From the human T2T-CHM13v2.0 reference genome, Homo sapiens, in the NCBI RefSeq assembly GCF_009914755.1, contig NC_060939.1: a DNA stretch of 64,000 nucleotides; one strand, given 5' to 3'. The notes beneath the pieces are model-generated. The model saw only the letters and a list, made by a program, of their open reading frames with translations, was not told where the DNA came from and did not search any database. Position 1 is the first letter of the stretch. Every line of letters starts with the position of its first letter. The position numbers and the translations under genes were made by a program. Positions 23,308 through 42,120 of this stretch are shown here, piece after piece.

Positions 23308-25084
23308 AATGAATGGAAGTTCTTAATTTAATATAGAAATTTATTATTTTTCCCAATATGATTGGGAATTTGGGATCTATTTAAGAAATCTTTACATACT
23401 ACAACGTCATGAAGATGCTCTACGTTTCTTCTAGAAACTTTATTATTTTTCATAGTTAAACCTGTACTTCTAGAATTGATAGTTGTAGCTTATGTGAAGT
23501 AGGGGGTGAAGGCATGTTTATTTTCCTGTTTGGATATCCACTGATCAGCACCATTCATTACAAAGATCATTTTTTCCCCTTTGGCATAAAGCTGCTTAAA
23601 GTCTTTGTGGTTTCCTGGGCTTTTTATTCTCCTCCTTTGGTCTGTTCATTTTTTTTCTTGTATAAGCACATCAACATAATTTTTCTATCCTAGTCATATT
23701 AAGGCATTCCTCAACAATGAAATAAATGAATAATAGCTTACTTGGGTAGAAGCCTTGGCACATTTCTTGCTTGTGAAATCATATCATGGCAGATGTTGAA
23801 AAAAGAGTGTGTCCAGCTCCTTTTATCCCGTCTACTATTCACAAATGTCACTGGTTTCCCTGCTTGAGTCATTAAAGAAAAGTGATTACTTTAAGCATGA
23901 GTCACAGCACATTGTAAAAAGCAATTAATAAATATCTTGACACCTAAAAACAGCAAGAAGTCTCTGATAAAATTTTGAAGAATGTTAGAGTAACTCTACA
24001 ATGGTGGATATAAGAATGCTTTTAAGTTTTACAATAAAAAAATTTAGACCCACAAATCCAAAGTTTGCATTTAGCTGGACTAGGCCTAGATTGCATTTTG
24101 CCTGAAATTCAATTGAAAGTGCTCTGAAAAAGTGAATTAAGAAAATAATGTATAAGTAATCTTATAGGAAAAATTGTTTATCTTCCTTATGAGGACAAAT
24201 CAATATGCAATATGCGACTGTAAGGCATTTTAATATATCATTAATTTAGCTTCCTCCCCACCAACTATGAGCAAAAGTCAATACTTGGTTGACTTACTTT
24301 ATATTATTGAATGTACTTTTTTAAAAAACACATACACCATACCCTAGTGCTCTAGAATTCAGGCTTCGCAATGGCTCCCACTGGCTTTCTCCAAAGCCTG
24401 AATTATTGAGACTTTTCTGTACCTGGATTTGGTTTACATCTTCAGTAGTTCTCATGATGGAAAGGAGGGGGACAAGTTACACGTGGCTTCATACAGAAGT
24501 GATACTGCATTACATGAAGAATATTCCAATATCTGAAAAGAAGAAGAGAACTTCAGAGTTTCTGGCCAGAACCAGGTATAGCATTTAAACCTTTGAAACA
24601 CTGCTTCTTGCAAACACTGTCTCTTGACTTTGACTTGTAGCAGTTTATAAAAATTCCTGAAAGATTCATTAAATCCTGGACACAAAATTATTCATAGAAA
24701 TTGGCAGCACAAGTTTGAAAATGAAACCGTATTTGCAGTTTCCTTCGCAAATACGGTTTCCTTTCATTTGTCAAGGAAAGCCCTCAATAAATTATACCAC
24801 ATAAGTTACTGGGTAGTCATTCTGTGAATAGAAGAAATGCACTTGGTATTTTCATGCTGGTTACTCATAGTCATGTTCTACATTTTAATGATTCTTGCAT
24901 AATTTCAGAAATCCCAATGAGGCAGCCTTTCCTAGCTCATTTTCTCTGGACCAATGTTGTTTGATCTGGATGTCCCAGCCAGTCTAATTTAGCAGTTTTG
25001 TTGCTTTGTTATTAAAGTTTAGTTTTACTGTTAGCAATGTACTTGTGATCAATATCCTTTCTGATTCAACCTTTTTCCTACCTT

Positions 25085-26090
25085 TTGGTTTACTCATTTA
25101 TTTATTTAGTCAACTAATATTTATTGAGCAACTGTAATGTGTAAGGCAGTGGTTTATTGCTGAAGTAGTATTGCCTGCTGTGTCCCCAGAACAACTGACA
25201 ATGTCTTGTACATACTAGATGCTTAATAAATATTTGTTGAATGAAGGAGTGAATGCATGAATGAATGAAAATCTTTGATCTTCTATCTGTCTTGGAACGT
25301 CCATTCTAATGAGTGTGCAGATAACAATCAAATAGGCAAATAAATAACTGTAATCAGCAATGAGGGCAATGACGGAAAGGAAAGGAAACATTGGGAGAGA
25401 TCAACTTGGAGAGCAACAGAGGAACTTCTTGAGTTAGGGTAGCCAAGGCAGGCTTTCAGGAGGAGGTGGCATGTGAGCAACTGAGGAAGAGGCAACTTGC
25501 AGTGAAAAGGTCCTGAGGTGGGAATGAAGATTAGAAAGAAGCCCAATGTGTCTTGAACTTACTGAAGTGGACTAGGGAACATGGTGTGAGGAGAGATTAG
25601 TGAAGTAGACAGGGACTAGATTATGTAGGGCTTTGCAGGCCACAATAAGGAGGTGAGGTTTTATTTTAAATATAATTGGAAGCCTTTGGAGACTGCAAGG
25701 ACTGAAATGAGCTAATCTGTACTCTGATTTATATTTTTATCACATTGCTCTGGCTACAGTGTGGAGAATGGAGTAAAGAGAAGCAAGGGTGGAAACAGGC
25801 AGACCAGCAAGTGGGTAATTGCAAACAACACAGGGGAGAGATGGTGGCGGCTTAAACTAGGATGAGACCCTGGAGTTGACCTTGTATCTGTAGGTGCAGC
25901 CAGCTGGACTTGCTGATGAGGGCAGTGGGGGAATTAGACAAGTTGATTAAGGAGGGCTTCCTGATTTTTTGCCTTTAGAAACAGGGTAGGTGATGGTGCT
26001 ATTTAATGTCTTGGAGAAGACTTTGGAAGGAACAATTTGGGGATGGGAAATGGCATCTAAGCCTTTGTTTTAGACATGTCACATTTGAGG
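25085..26090. mobile_element. L2 fragments
   Basis: L2 3'-end motifs ttattgagca and gcttaataaatatttgttgaatgaa, plus typical L2 body text. Approximate. Confidence 0.6.
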
Positions 26091-26199
26091 TTTATCAGGT
26101 CCCTACAGGATGAAGTTTGACATAGCCTTGCCTCTTCTTCTCTGTCTAGATAATTCACCTTTAAGACTCTGTTCGGCATCATTTTCTCTAGGAAGTCTT

Positions 26200-26520
26200 C
26201 TATATCAGTCACTTTAAGCCATGGTATGCTTCCCTAACAAGCAGTTCCCCAAATCTCAGTTACTTATGACAACGGTTTGCTTATTTCCCATGTCACATGT
26301 TCATCATGGGTCAGGTGCAGCTGGATTTCATGTCTTCTTAATTATAAGACCCAGGCTGAATGAGCAGCCCTACATCTGGGACATGCGGGTCTCCTGACAG
26401 AGACGAAAAGAGACACGGCAAAAGTCCACAATAGTTCTTGGCACACAATCCCTGCATTCACATTTCATTGCCAAGCCATGTCATAAAACCAAGCCCGATG
26501 TCTTCAGGTACGAAAATAGA
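26200..26520. mobile_element. Old MaLR (MLT1H/I-like) LTR fragment
   Basis: cccaaatctcagttactt...acccaggctgaatgagcagcc resembles remembered MLT1 consensus. Confidence 0.5.
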
Positions 26521-26599
26521 CTCCTTGCTCAAGGAAGGTCCTAAGAACATGGTGCCTGGTATGGAAGGGAAGCAGTTATTTTTGAAAAATATTAACTAG

Positions 26600-26764
26600 C
26601 ATAGTGCTGGCTAGTGTAGGAGCATGTTAGGTATGCAGATTCTCAGGCCCCACCCTAGACCTGAATCAGAAACTTGCAGGAGATTGGGGCTGGAGGCCCA
26701 GTACTTTGTGATTTATACAGCCCTGTAGGTGATTCTAAGTCATGCTCAAATTTGAGAATCACTG
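26600..26764. mobile_element. MER5A-like hAT element
   Basis: gcagattctcaggccccaccctagacctgaatcagaaac...tttgagaatcactg. Confidence 0.7.
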
Positions 26765-27096
26765 ATCTCACATACCTGCTGTGACCCTCTTCCTCCACCA
26801 ACTAGGTCAACAGCATTTCCCTAACATTCACATCCTATCACCGTTGTTACCACATTATGCTATAGTTTGATGCACCGGAACAATTATGCAGAGCCTTGCA
26901 GGTTACATTTGCCAACCTAGCTCAGCTCTAGGGGTGCAGTCCATATGCGCTTGGGACCTCTCTTTTGGGGAGGATCAAGTGGTATCTGGGTTCCTAGAAG
27001 TCACTATCCTCTGTCTATATATCCTCACCCCAGCCATTGCTCCACCTGCTAGACCGGTCCAGTTGCCGCAGCACACCCAGGTAAAGAATGGTCCTG

Positions 27097-27311
27097 TGAA
27101 ACCCCATCTCTACTAAAAATACAAAAACAAAAAAACTTAGCCAGGCTTGGTGGCAGGTGCCTGTAGTCCCAGTTACTCAGGAGGCTGAGGCGGGAGAATG
27201 GCATGAACCTGGGAGGCAGAGCTTGCAGTGAGCTGAGATCATGCCACTGCATTCCAGCCTGGGCGACAGAGCGAGACTCCGTCTCAAAAACAAAAAAACA
27301 AAAACAAAAAA
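27097..27311 (+). mobile_element. 5'-truncated AluY
   Basis: Y diagnostics GAATGGCATGAACC and GAGCTTGCAGTGAG. Perfect 14-bp TSD AAAGAATGGTCCTG at 27083 and 27312. Confidence 0.93.
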
Positions 27312-27863
27312 AAAGAATGGTCCTGGTAACACGGTCTCTGCATACAGGTTGATGCTCCTATAATTTAGCTTTGACCAATCACCTTCTCCTGACTCCTAGC
27401 CATCAACCTGGCTCACCGTGTTCTCACTTGACCTCTACTCTGACACCAAGTTAGCAGTGCCATCCGCTTGTCCATCCAGCCTCCTGCCATCCACGTGGCA
27501 AGCAACGCTCTGTGGCCAATGCAGGTCTGCTGCTCACCAGTCAGAATAACTGTTCCTTCAGGTCCTAAGACTGGCCAGGTTCCACTCCCGGCCTCTCCTG
27601 AACAGATGTATAATTCTTCAGAATACTAGGGGCCCCAATTTGTATTTGGATGGTCAGGAAATACACAGAGAAGGGGTCTTAACTGCTCGTCCTCGTCCAA
27701 ATCAGGGCTGCACTGTGTCCACCCCAGACTGTGCATTGCACCATGGTGGGTGTTTGGTGAGTACAGAATGCACAGCAGTGATCATCACACTAACGGCATT
27801 AACCCTGGTTGAGCACTTAGCATGTGTCAGGTGATCCATTAGTTAATCCTCATAACCATCTTA

Positions 27864-28294
<431 letters not shown>

Positions 28295-31200
28295 TCAAAG
28301 CCTGTTTTAAAGTATAGTATATTAATAGAAAATGTAAGATATAAGGCCAATAGCTAGGAAGGTGATTGCCATTAAAAATATAGTTTCCAAGAGAAGGGGG
28401 CAGACCATGCCACGAGGGCCACATAGGAAGTACTGGAGTGGGTCAGGAGGCAGAGAGAGAGAGGGAGTTGTGGGTAGGAGCCTTTGTTGTGGTTTTTGAG
28501 GGTGGAAGGGGCAAGGTAGCGTAAGCAGACTTAAGACTGACCAGTTCAAACAATTTCATATGGGCTGTCGCTAGTTGTGGCCAAGCCAACAGTGGCCCAG
28601 AGTGTAAGAGCCTGATACAAAGGGTGACTGGAGTGTGGCCTCTGGATTGGTTGGTTTGCATTTAAAAAGTGCAGTCACAGGTGAGTTGTTCACTATCACT
28701 AAGAACTAGCTAACTCTGGAAGAGGCAGTCCATCCAGGGTCAGAAGGCCCCAGATATCAAAGCATCAGAACACAGAAAATAAAAGACATGGTTAATACAA
28801 AGCCAGGCAATCGATTCCAGAGTTGATCCTGCCCTTTGCAACCATTTTTGCCCTGGGGGTGGGTATGCCGGTGTCTGGGAGGGGGTGCGATGCGTGGACC
28901 ACATTCATCTGTGCTTGTTTCTGTTAGACATTTCCCTGTGGGTTATTCATTAGCTCCCCACTTTAGCCTGGTAAGTGGGGATTATTATTTCAGGCCAAAG
29001 AAACCAAAGACATGAGTCTTGCACCAGATCTTCTAACCTGTAAGCAACACAGCTGGGACTTGGACTCAGATTTGAGTGAGGCCAGGTGCTGTACCTCAAA
29101 ATCCCAAGTGGTGTTTGGCTTGGAGTTTGCACTGGAGGAGGACCTACTGCTCCATGAGCCTAGACAGAACCACTCCCATGGGTTTACACCAGAAGTCTAA
29201 ATAAATTGGCCCAATCCAGCACATCCCAGCTCAGAGATGACCATGTGACAACGAATACCCAGGAAACTGAAATCAGACAGTTCACAAGAAGATGTGGAAG
29301 GGACACAGTCTTTAGAATCAGACAGACACGGGCTTGATTACTGAATCAGCCACTTTCTAAGCTTGAGCAAGCTTCAGCCTCTCTGGGTTTCTGTAAATGG
29401 AAACAATAACCTTAAGCTCACAAGTTTTCGAGAGGATTAAATGTAAATCCATATACAAAGCACCCAGCTCATGATAATCACTCAGTAAATGTTAGTTGCC
29501 TTCCTCTAATTCAAGGGGCTGTGCCAGGCAGTTGGTCAGCCCAGGAGGACAGACAGGTGGGAAGTAAGGGCCAGGTTGGAAGCCAGTGGTCAGAACCACC
29601 AGGTAGCCACAGTTCCAAAGGCTGGCAGGCCAGTTGGGACTGCTCAGTGGCTCACCTGAGGGTTTAATGTGAATGTCCTGAGGTTACAAAAACCCTGAAT
29701 TAGGAGCCCAGAGCCCACAGAGAAAACAGGGAGCAAAGGGACTGCTGGGAAAGAGGTGAACATTGGCTGGAGGAACTCTACATAGGCTTCCAGGGATTTG
29801 GCACAAGGGTTCAGGAGTCCCACAAGAGGGAGAAGAGCTCTGACATCATGTTCTGTCATCTGGAAGCAGAAAAGACTGTAGAGAACTGCGCCACAAAGGC
29901 AAACACCTTGTCCGGAGTGTGCTTACCAAGGGCAGAATGGAACAGCCAATCTGATGAGCCACTCACTCAGCCCTGCAGCTGTGTATCCATTCATTCACCA
30001 GTTCATTCAGCCATTGCCCACTGAGCACCTCTTGTTAATTCTGATGATCAGAGAATGTTAAGAAAAATACAACTTCTATTGCCAGGGAGTTTGAAGTCAG
30101 CCACAAGAGACAGATGTGTAAATAAATAATTATAGCACAATGAGATGTGGGTGCAGGCTGTTGGGAGTAAGAGGGTTAAGTAGCTGGAGAATCTAGCACC
30201 AGAGACGAGATGGCATATCTATTTATTGCAAGGTGAATAAGAGTTCACCACCAAAAAAAGAAAATAAGAAAGCTGTTTCAAATAGAGATAACAATGTGGG
30301 CCAGGACATGGAGACGTATAAAAGGAAGGTATCTTAGGAATACGGAGAAGTTCTGTCCTGCTGGAATACAGAGCTTTTAAGTGAAGTGGAAATAATGGAA
30401 TGTCAATTTTCCCATCTTACTACTGAAGAAACTGATGCTCGTGGGTTGAGCGTTACACAGAGAATATGTAGTAGAACAGAGAGTCGAGTCAATATTCTTT
30501 GCCTCTACATCCCATATTATTTGCATTTCAGCACATTTTCTTTCTGTGGAGTGTGCTTTAACAATTAGTTTGTAAGTCAGTATTTTGGAACTCAGAGTAA
30601 TTTTCCTATACTACTTCAGCAATGGAAAATTTATCTGAAAAAAAAAGAGTCAAGATATAGATGCAATTACATGTAAATTCAGTATATAAAGGAGGCATTT
30701 TATACCTCTAAGGAAAGGATAGATTATTTAGAAAATTGGGTTAGCACAATTGGCTAACCATTTGTGAAAAGCTAGACTAATGCCTTACATCTCTCACCAA
30801 AATAAATTCTACATGGCCTAAAGAATTTAATATTAATAAATATAAAGCCATTAAGGTACTGGCAGAAAATATAAGTTAATATAAAGACTTTTTCTATGCA
30901 TGACACCAAGGAAATTGTACAGAAAGCTTTGATAAATACACCTGCATACGTAAATGAGTCAACTTCTGCTTCTGGCCGTGACAGAGAAACTGACACTGGA
31001 CTTGTTCTCCCACAGTAAAAATTTAGAAAACTGAATATATAAAATGAATGAAATAATTGTCTTCACGCATGATACAATAGGCAGCACAGGACTGTGATAT
31101 CTGAATAACAAACAAGGCCATCACTCAGGTCCCCTGGCTATCTGTCTAGGGCACTTTCTGGACCATGATGCGGGGAGACCAGCAGAGCACAGTGATCTTG

Positions 31201-31581
31201 CTGAGTTGAGAAACAGAGATCGTAGTTTGTGGAGACCTATACAGCTGGACATCAGACCCAGGTACTGGAGGGGAGGGAGCTATTCAATAAGAGAAGCTCC
31301 ATAAATCTGCATATGCACCCTCTTGAGTCTTCAGTCGAATACTAAATAGCGCATGCTTCAGTGATACTCCACGAGGCTGGACAAAGAACTACTACTGGGT
31401 AACTGTAAACTGCACAATTCTCAGAGCTCACAGAGACACGGGAAACATTTGAATTCTGACCAGCCATAATGGGATGAAATAACCGAACTCCCAGTACATT
31501 CAGAAGAGACAATGTCAAGGTCATGCTTTAGCAATAGGGCTAAGGTAAACCTAGAGAAAGACTGCTCTAGAATTGTCCTGA

Positions 31582-31948
<367 letters not shown>

Positions 31949-33338
31949 AGCACTCTTTAAAGTACATCAACACAGTCTAGATACTGAATAATGTAACATT
32001 TACAATGTCAAACACACAAAAACTTGATAGATGTGTAAAGAAGCAGGAAAATGTGAGCAAGAAAATTAAACCCATAATTTAAAAAATCCAATATATATAA
32101 ACCTGAAATGACTGAGATTATGGAAACAGCAGGCACAAATACTTTTAATCAGGTATTATAAATATGCTCAATGATTTAAAGAGGATTTAAAGTTGTTCAT
32201 AATATTTTTTCATTATGCTTCTAATATCTATATTCTGTAGTGGCATTGCCACTCTCATTGCTAATATTAGTAATGTGTTCTCTCTTTTTCCTGATCAGTC
32301 TGGCTAGAGATTTTCCTATTTTATTTATCTTCTTTACAAACCAGCTTTCTGTTTTTGTTTTTTTTAATTTTCTCTATTGTTTCTCAGCTTTTTATTTTTT
32401 TTCCATTCTGATTTTCATTGTTTTCTTTCTTCTACTTACTTTAAGTTTATTTACTCTTCATTTTGCTTGCTTCTTAAGGTGGAAGCTAAGGTCATTTATT
32501 TGAGATTTGTCTTCTTTTCTAAGATAGGTGTCTAGTGCTATGAATTTCCCTCTAAGTACTGCTTTCATAGCACCCTGCAAATTTTGATACACTGTTTTCA
32601 CTTTTGTTCAGTTCCTAGTACTTTTAAATTTACCTTTTGATTTTTTTTTTTTTTTTTTGACCCACAAGTTATTTAGAAAAGGCTTTTGTTTCCAAATAAA
32701 TTCCAACATTCCTTAAGGGAACTAACACTATTCCCGGCCCCGCTGAGAACTGAATACTGATCCCTCTAATTATTTTGGATTGTTCTTTCCTAGTGTTGCT
32801 GCTCAAGGGAGACTCTGAATACATCTGAGTTCTTTCTCTGTGCAACTCTCTTCTCTTCATTACTCCACTGGTGCAATCACATGGCTCACCTTGTTTGTTT
32901 CCTGTCTCTCAAGGATTACTGTCCTTTTTTGCCTGATTCCTGTGTATTGAAAACTACAATTTTATCTATTCTGTCTGCTTGTTTTTGAGTTGTTTCATGT
33001 GGGAGAACAATCTGTTTGTTATTACTCCATTTTGGTCAGAAGCAGAAGTCCTTACACTATTCACTTTTTAAGCAAAAAATTAACAACAATATATTTGGGA
33101 TTTATAAAATGTACAAGTAAATTGTTTGACAAAAGTAGCACAAAGTTCTGGTGGAAAGTAATGTAAGTATGTATCTGCAAGGCTTTTACATTATATACGA
33201 AGTGGGATTAGACTACTGGAAGATGTATGATAATGTGTTAAAGATGTTTCCTGAAATAGAAAAATCAATATAAAGTAAAACAAAGAAGTATAGCTAATAA
33301 TCTAGTAAAGGACATAATATGGAATATGAAAATGCTCA

Positions 33339-33798
<460 letters not shown>

Positions 33799-34448
33799 CT
33801 AATGAATGAAAAAGTAAGACTAAGACTCATCTCTGTCATGTCTACAAGAAACACACTTTAAATCTAAAGATACAGGTTAATAACAAGCAAAAAGATGAAA
33901 AAGATATCCCTGTAAATGCTAGTCATAAGGGAGCTGAAATGTCTATGTTAATATCAAAGACTTCTGAGCAAAGAATATTACTAGAAATAAAAAGGGTAGT
34001 CCATAATAATAAAAGAACAAATGCTTCAAAAATTCATAGGAATCCTAAATGTGTGTCCATCTAACTATAGATCTTGAAAACTCTTGGAGCAAAAACTGAC
34101 AGAACTAAAACAAGTAGGCTATTCAAATATTTTGCTTCCTTACTGAATTTTGTCCTTGTATGTTTATTTTAATAATTAATAAAAAAAAAGATATGCTAAA
34201 ATCTACTATGATTGTGTGTTTTTTCATTTCTTTTCTAAAATTTTATTTCTGTCCATTTTTTTAATATTCTCTGCACCTATGTCATTAAGTGCATAAACAT
34301 TTATATTTGTTATAACTTTTTGGTGGTTTGACCCTTTTTCATTAAGAAATATTTGCCTTAATTTCTACTCATTCTTCTTTCCTTAAAATCCACTTGGTCT
34401 AATGTTGGTCTACTTACATCTGTTTTCTTTTATTTAATGTTTGCATAA

Positions 34449-34730
<282 letters not shown>

Positions 34731-35349
34731 GATTATTTTTAATCCAGTATGAAATTCTTTCTATTTTATTTGGTATATTCTACTTACTTTTAATATGATT
34801 ACTTATAGATTTTGGTTTATATCTATTATTGCTATCTATTTTTTTTTCTACTTAAATGCTATCCTTTTTCTATTCTTTCTTTTCTTTTTTTGGAATAAGT
34901 GGGTTTTTTTATTATGCTATGTGAACATCCCAGTTAGGGTGATAGTTATCTCTTTAAGAACACCTTATTTTAGTGATAACATTTATGTGTAACTGGCCTG
35001 AAACATGCACTATTTTCTTACTACTGTCTAACATAGATTATCACATTTACCACTTCTCTGACAATGCAAAGATCTTAAAACGCTTGAACTCCATTAATCT
35101 ACTTCTTTTACATTATTGTTGTTTTATATATTTTATTTATTATTATTATACTTTAAGTTTTAGGGTACATGTGCACAATGTGCAGGTTAGTTACGTATGT
35201 ATACATGTGCCATGCTGGTGTGCTGCACCCACTAACTCGTCATCTAGCATTAGGTATATCTCCCAATGCTATCCCTCCCCCCTCCCCCCACCCCACAACA
35301 GTCCCCAGAGTGTGATGTTCCCCTTCCTGTGTCCATGTGTTCTCATTGT

Positions 35350-39191
<3,842 letters not shown>

Positions 39192-39239
39192 TTATTTTGC
39201 TCGTTAGTTGATGCAGTTTCTTCCTAGTCTCGATGGTCT

Positions 39240-40257
39240 TTACATTTTGGCATGATTTTGCAGTGGCTGGTACCGGTTGTTCCTTTCCATGTCTAGCGCT
39301 TCCTTCAGGAGCTGTTTTAGGGCAGGCCTGGTGGTGACAAAATCTCTCAGCATTTGCTTGTCTGTAAAGTATTTTATTTCTCCTTCACTTATGAAGCTTA
39401 GTTTGGCTGGATATGAAATTCTGGGTTGAAAATTCTTTTCTTTGAGAATGTTGAATATTGGCCCCCACTCTCTTCTGGCTTGTAGAGTTTCTTCCGAAAG
39501 ATCCGCTGTTAGTCTGATGGGCTTCCCTTTGAGGGTAACCTGACCTTTCTCTCTGGCTGCCCTTAACATTTTTTCCTTCATTTCAACTTTGGTGAATCTG
39601 ACAATTATGTGTCTTGGAGTTGCTCTTCTCGAGGAGTATCTTTGTGGCATTCTCTGTATTTCCTGAATCTGAATGTTGGCCTGTCTTGCTAGATTGGGGA
39701 AGTTCTCCTGGATAATATCCTGCAGAGTGTTTTCCAACTTGGTTCCATTCTCCCCGTCACTTTCAGGTACACCAATCAGATGTAGATTTGGTCTTTTCAC
39801 ATAGTCCCATATTTCTTGGAGGCTTTGCTCATTTCTTTTTATTCTTTTTTCTCTAAACTTCCCTTCTCGCTTCATTTCATTCATTTCATCTTCCATCACT
39901 GATACCCTTTCTTCCAGTTGATCGCACCAGCTCCTGAGGCTTCTGCATTCTTCACGTAGTTCTCGAGCCTTGGTTTTCAGCTCCATCAGCTCCTTTAAGC
40001 ACTTATCTGTATTGGTTACTCTAGTTATACATTCTTCTAAATTTTTTTTCAAAGTTTTCAACTTCTTTGCCTTTGGTTTGAATGTCCTCCTGTAGCTTGG
40101 AGTAATTTGATCGTCTGAAGCCTTCTTCTCTCAGCTCATCAAAGTCATTCTCCATCCAGCTTTGTTCTGTTGCTGGTGAGGAACTGCGTTCCTTTGGAGG
40201 AGGAGAGGTGCTCTGCTTTTTAGAGTTTCCAGTTTTTCTGTTCTGTTTTTTCCCCAT
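39240..40257 (-). pseudogene. L1 ORF1p, frameshifted
   Basis: MGKKQNRK... (40257) and ...LQNHAKM* (39240) are in different frames. 1018 nt versus 1017 for an intact ORF1; A8 instead of A7 at 40042-40049. Confidence 0.93.
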
Positions 40258-41166
40258 CTTTGTGGTTTTACCTACTTTTGGTCTTTGATGATGGTGATGT
40301 ACAGATGGGTTTTTGGTGTGGATGTCCTTTCTGTTTGTTAGTTTTCCTTCTAACAGACAGGACCCTCAGCTGCAGGTCTGTTGGAGTACTGGGCCCTGTG
40401 AGGTGTCAGTCTGCCCCTGCTGGGGGGTGCCTCCCAGCTAGGCTGCTCGGGGGTCAGGGATCAGGGACCCACTTGAGGAGGCAGTCTGCCCGTTCTCAGA
40501 TCTCCAGCTGTGTGCTGGGAGAACCACTGCTCTCTTCAAAGCTGTCAGACAGGGACATTTAACTCTGCAGAGGTTACTGCTGTCTTTTTGTTTGTCTGTG
40601 CCCTGCCCCCAGAGGTGGAGCCTACAGAGGCAGGCAGGCCTCCTTGAGCTGTGGTGGGCTCCACCCAGTTCGCGCTTCCCGGCTGCTTTGTTTACCTAAG
40701 CAAGCCTGGGCAATGGCGGGCGCCCCTCTCCCAGCCTCGCTGCCGCCTTGCAGTTTGATCTCAGACTGCTGTGCTAGCAATCAGCGAGACTCCGTGGGCG
40801 TAGGACCCTCCAAGCCAGGTGCGGGATGTAATCTCCTGGTGCGCCTTTTTTTTTAAGCCCGTTGGAAAAGCGCAGTATTCGGGTTGGAGTGACCCGATTT
40901 TCCAGGTTCCGTCTGTCACCCCTTTCTTTGACTAGGAAAGGGAACTCCCTGACCCCTTGTGCTTCCCGAGTGAAGCAATGCCTCGCCCTGCTTCGGCTCG
41001 CGCACGGTGCGCGCACCCACTGACCTGCGCCCACTGTCTGGCACTCCCTAGTGAGATGAACCCGGTACCTCAGATGGAAATGCAGAAATCACCCGTGTTC
41101 TGCGTCGCTCACGCTGGGAGCTGTAGACCGGAGCTGTTCCTATTCGGCCATCTTGGCTCCTCCCCC
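40258..41166. promoter_or_regulatory. L1 5' UTR with sense (minus-strand) and antisense (plus-strand) promoters
   Basis: CpG-rich. YY1 site GGCCATCTTG at 41146-41155 is intact. Confidence 0.8.
40713..40856 (+). pseudogene. L1 antisense ORF0 truncated to 47 aa
   Basis: MAGAPLPASLPPCSLISDCCASNQRDSVGVGPS... is the ORF0 sequence. The T9 run at 40846-40854 creates an early TAA. Confidence 0.85.
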
Positions 41167-41633
41167 TGTTGTTTTATATTTTTAACTGCAAAATATTATA
41201 TTATTGTTTTGTAGAGTAAGTAATTTAGTTTGCCTACAGATTTATCATTCTCATAGCTCTTCATTCTTCCTTGTACCTCCAGACTTCCATTTGGGATTAA
41301 TTTCCTTCTGCCTCAAGAATGCCTTTTAGTATTTATTTTAAGATAAATCTGTTGCTAATGAATTCTCTTAATTTTTGCCTGTCTAAAATTTCTTTGTTTC
41401 AATTTCATTATGAAAGATATTTTTATCAGGTTAAGAATTCTAGGTTGTCATCATTTTAATTTAATCATTTTTAATTTATAAGCATTTTGATATCATTCCA
41501 TTGCCTTCTGGCTTCCATTGATTCTGTCCTATTGTTGCACTTTCGAATGTATTATTCCTTCTTCTCTGGCTGCTTTTGAGATGGTCTATTTGTCTTTGGG
41601 TTTCAGCAGTTTTCCCATAACGACCCTTAACAA

Positions 41634-42120
41634 TGTTGTGGTAATGAACACCTAAGATGATCTCCAGTGATCCCCACCTTCTGATGTTCATGCTTTGTGT
41701 AGTTCCCTCTACACTGTACCAGTTTTGGTATGGATGACTACTACAATTTGGCATAAGTTAAGGTATGTCACTTCTATGATTAGGTTATGAAAAACACAGT
41801 AGTATCCATCTTGATTCCTTTCTTTCTCTCTTGGATCCCTTGATTTGGGTAAAGCTGGTTGCCATGTTGTGAGCATCCTCAGAGGAACTGAGGCCTCCTG
41901 TCAACAGCCATATGAGAGTTTTGATGCAGATCCTCTAGCATCTATCAGTTCTTCAGATAACTGCAGCCCTGGCCAACAAGTTGAATTCAACATCATCACA
42001 GACCCTAAGCCAGAATCTTCCAGCAAAGATACTCTTAAGTTTCTTTTCCTCAGAAACAGTGAGAGATAATATCTTTGTGACTTTAAACTATTGTTTTGAA
42101 GCAATTAAATAATCAATCCA
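41634..42120 (+). mobile_element. MLT1F/G-like MaLR LTR
   Basis: taagatgatctccagtgatccccaccttctg...ctcagaaacagtgagagataata. Approximate. Confidence 0.6.
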
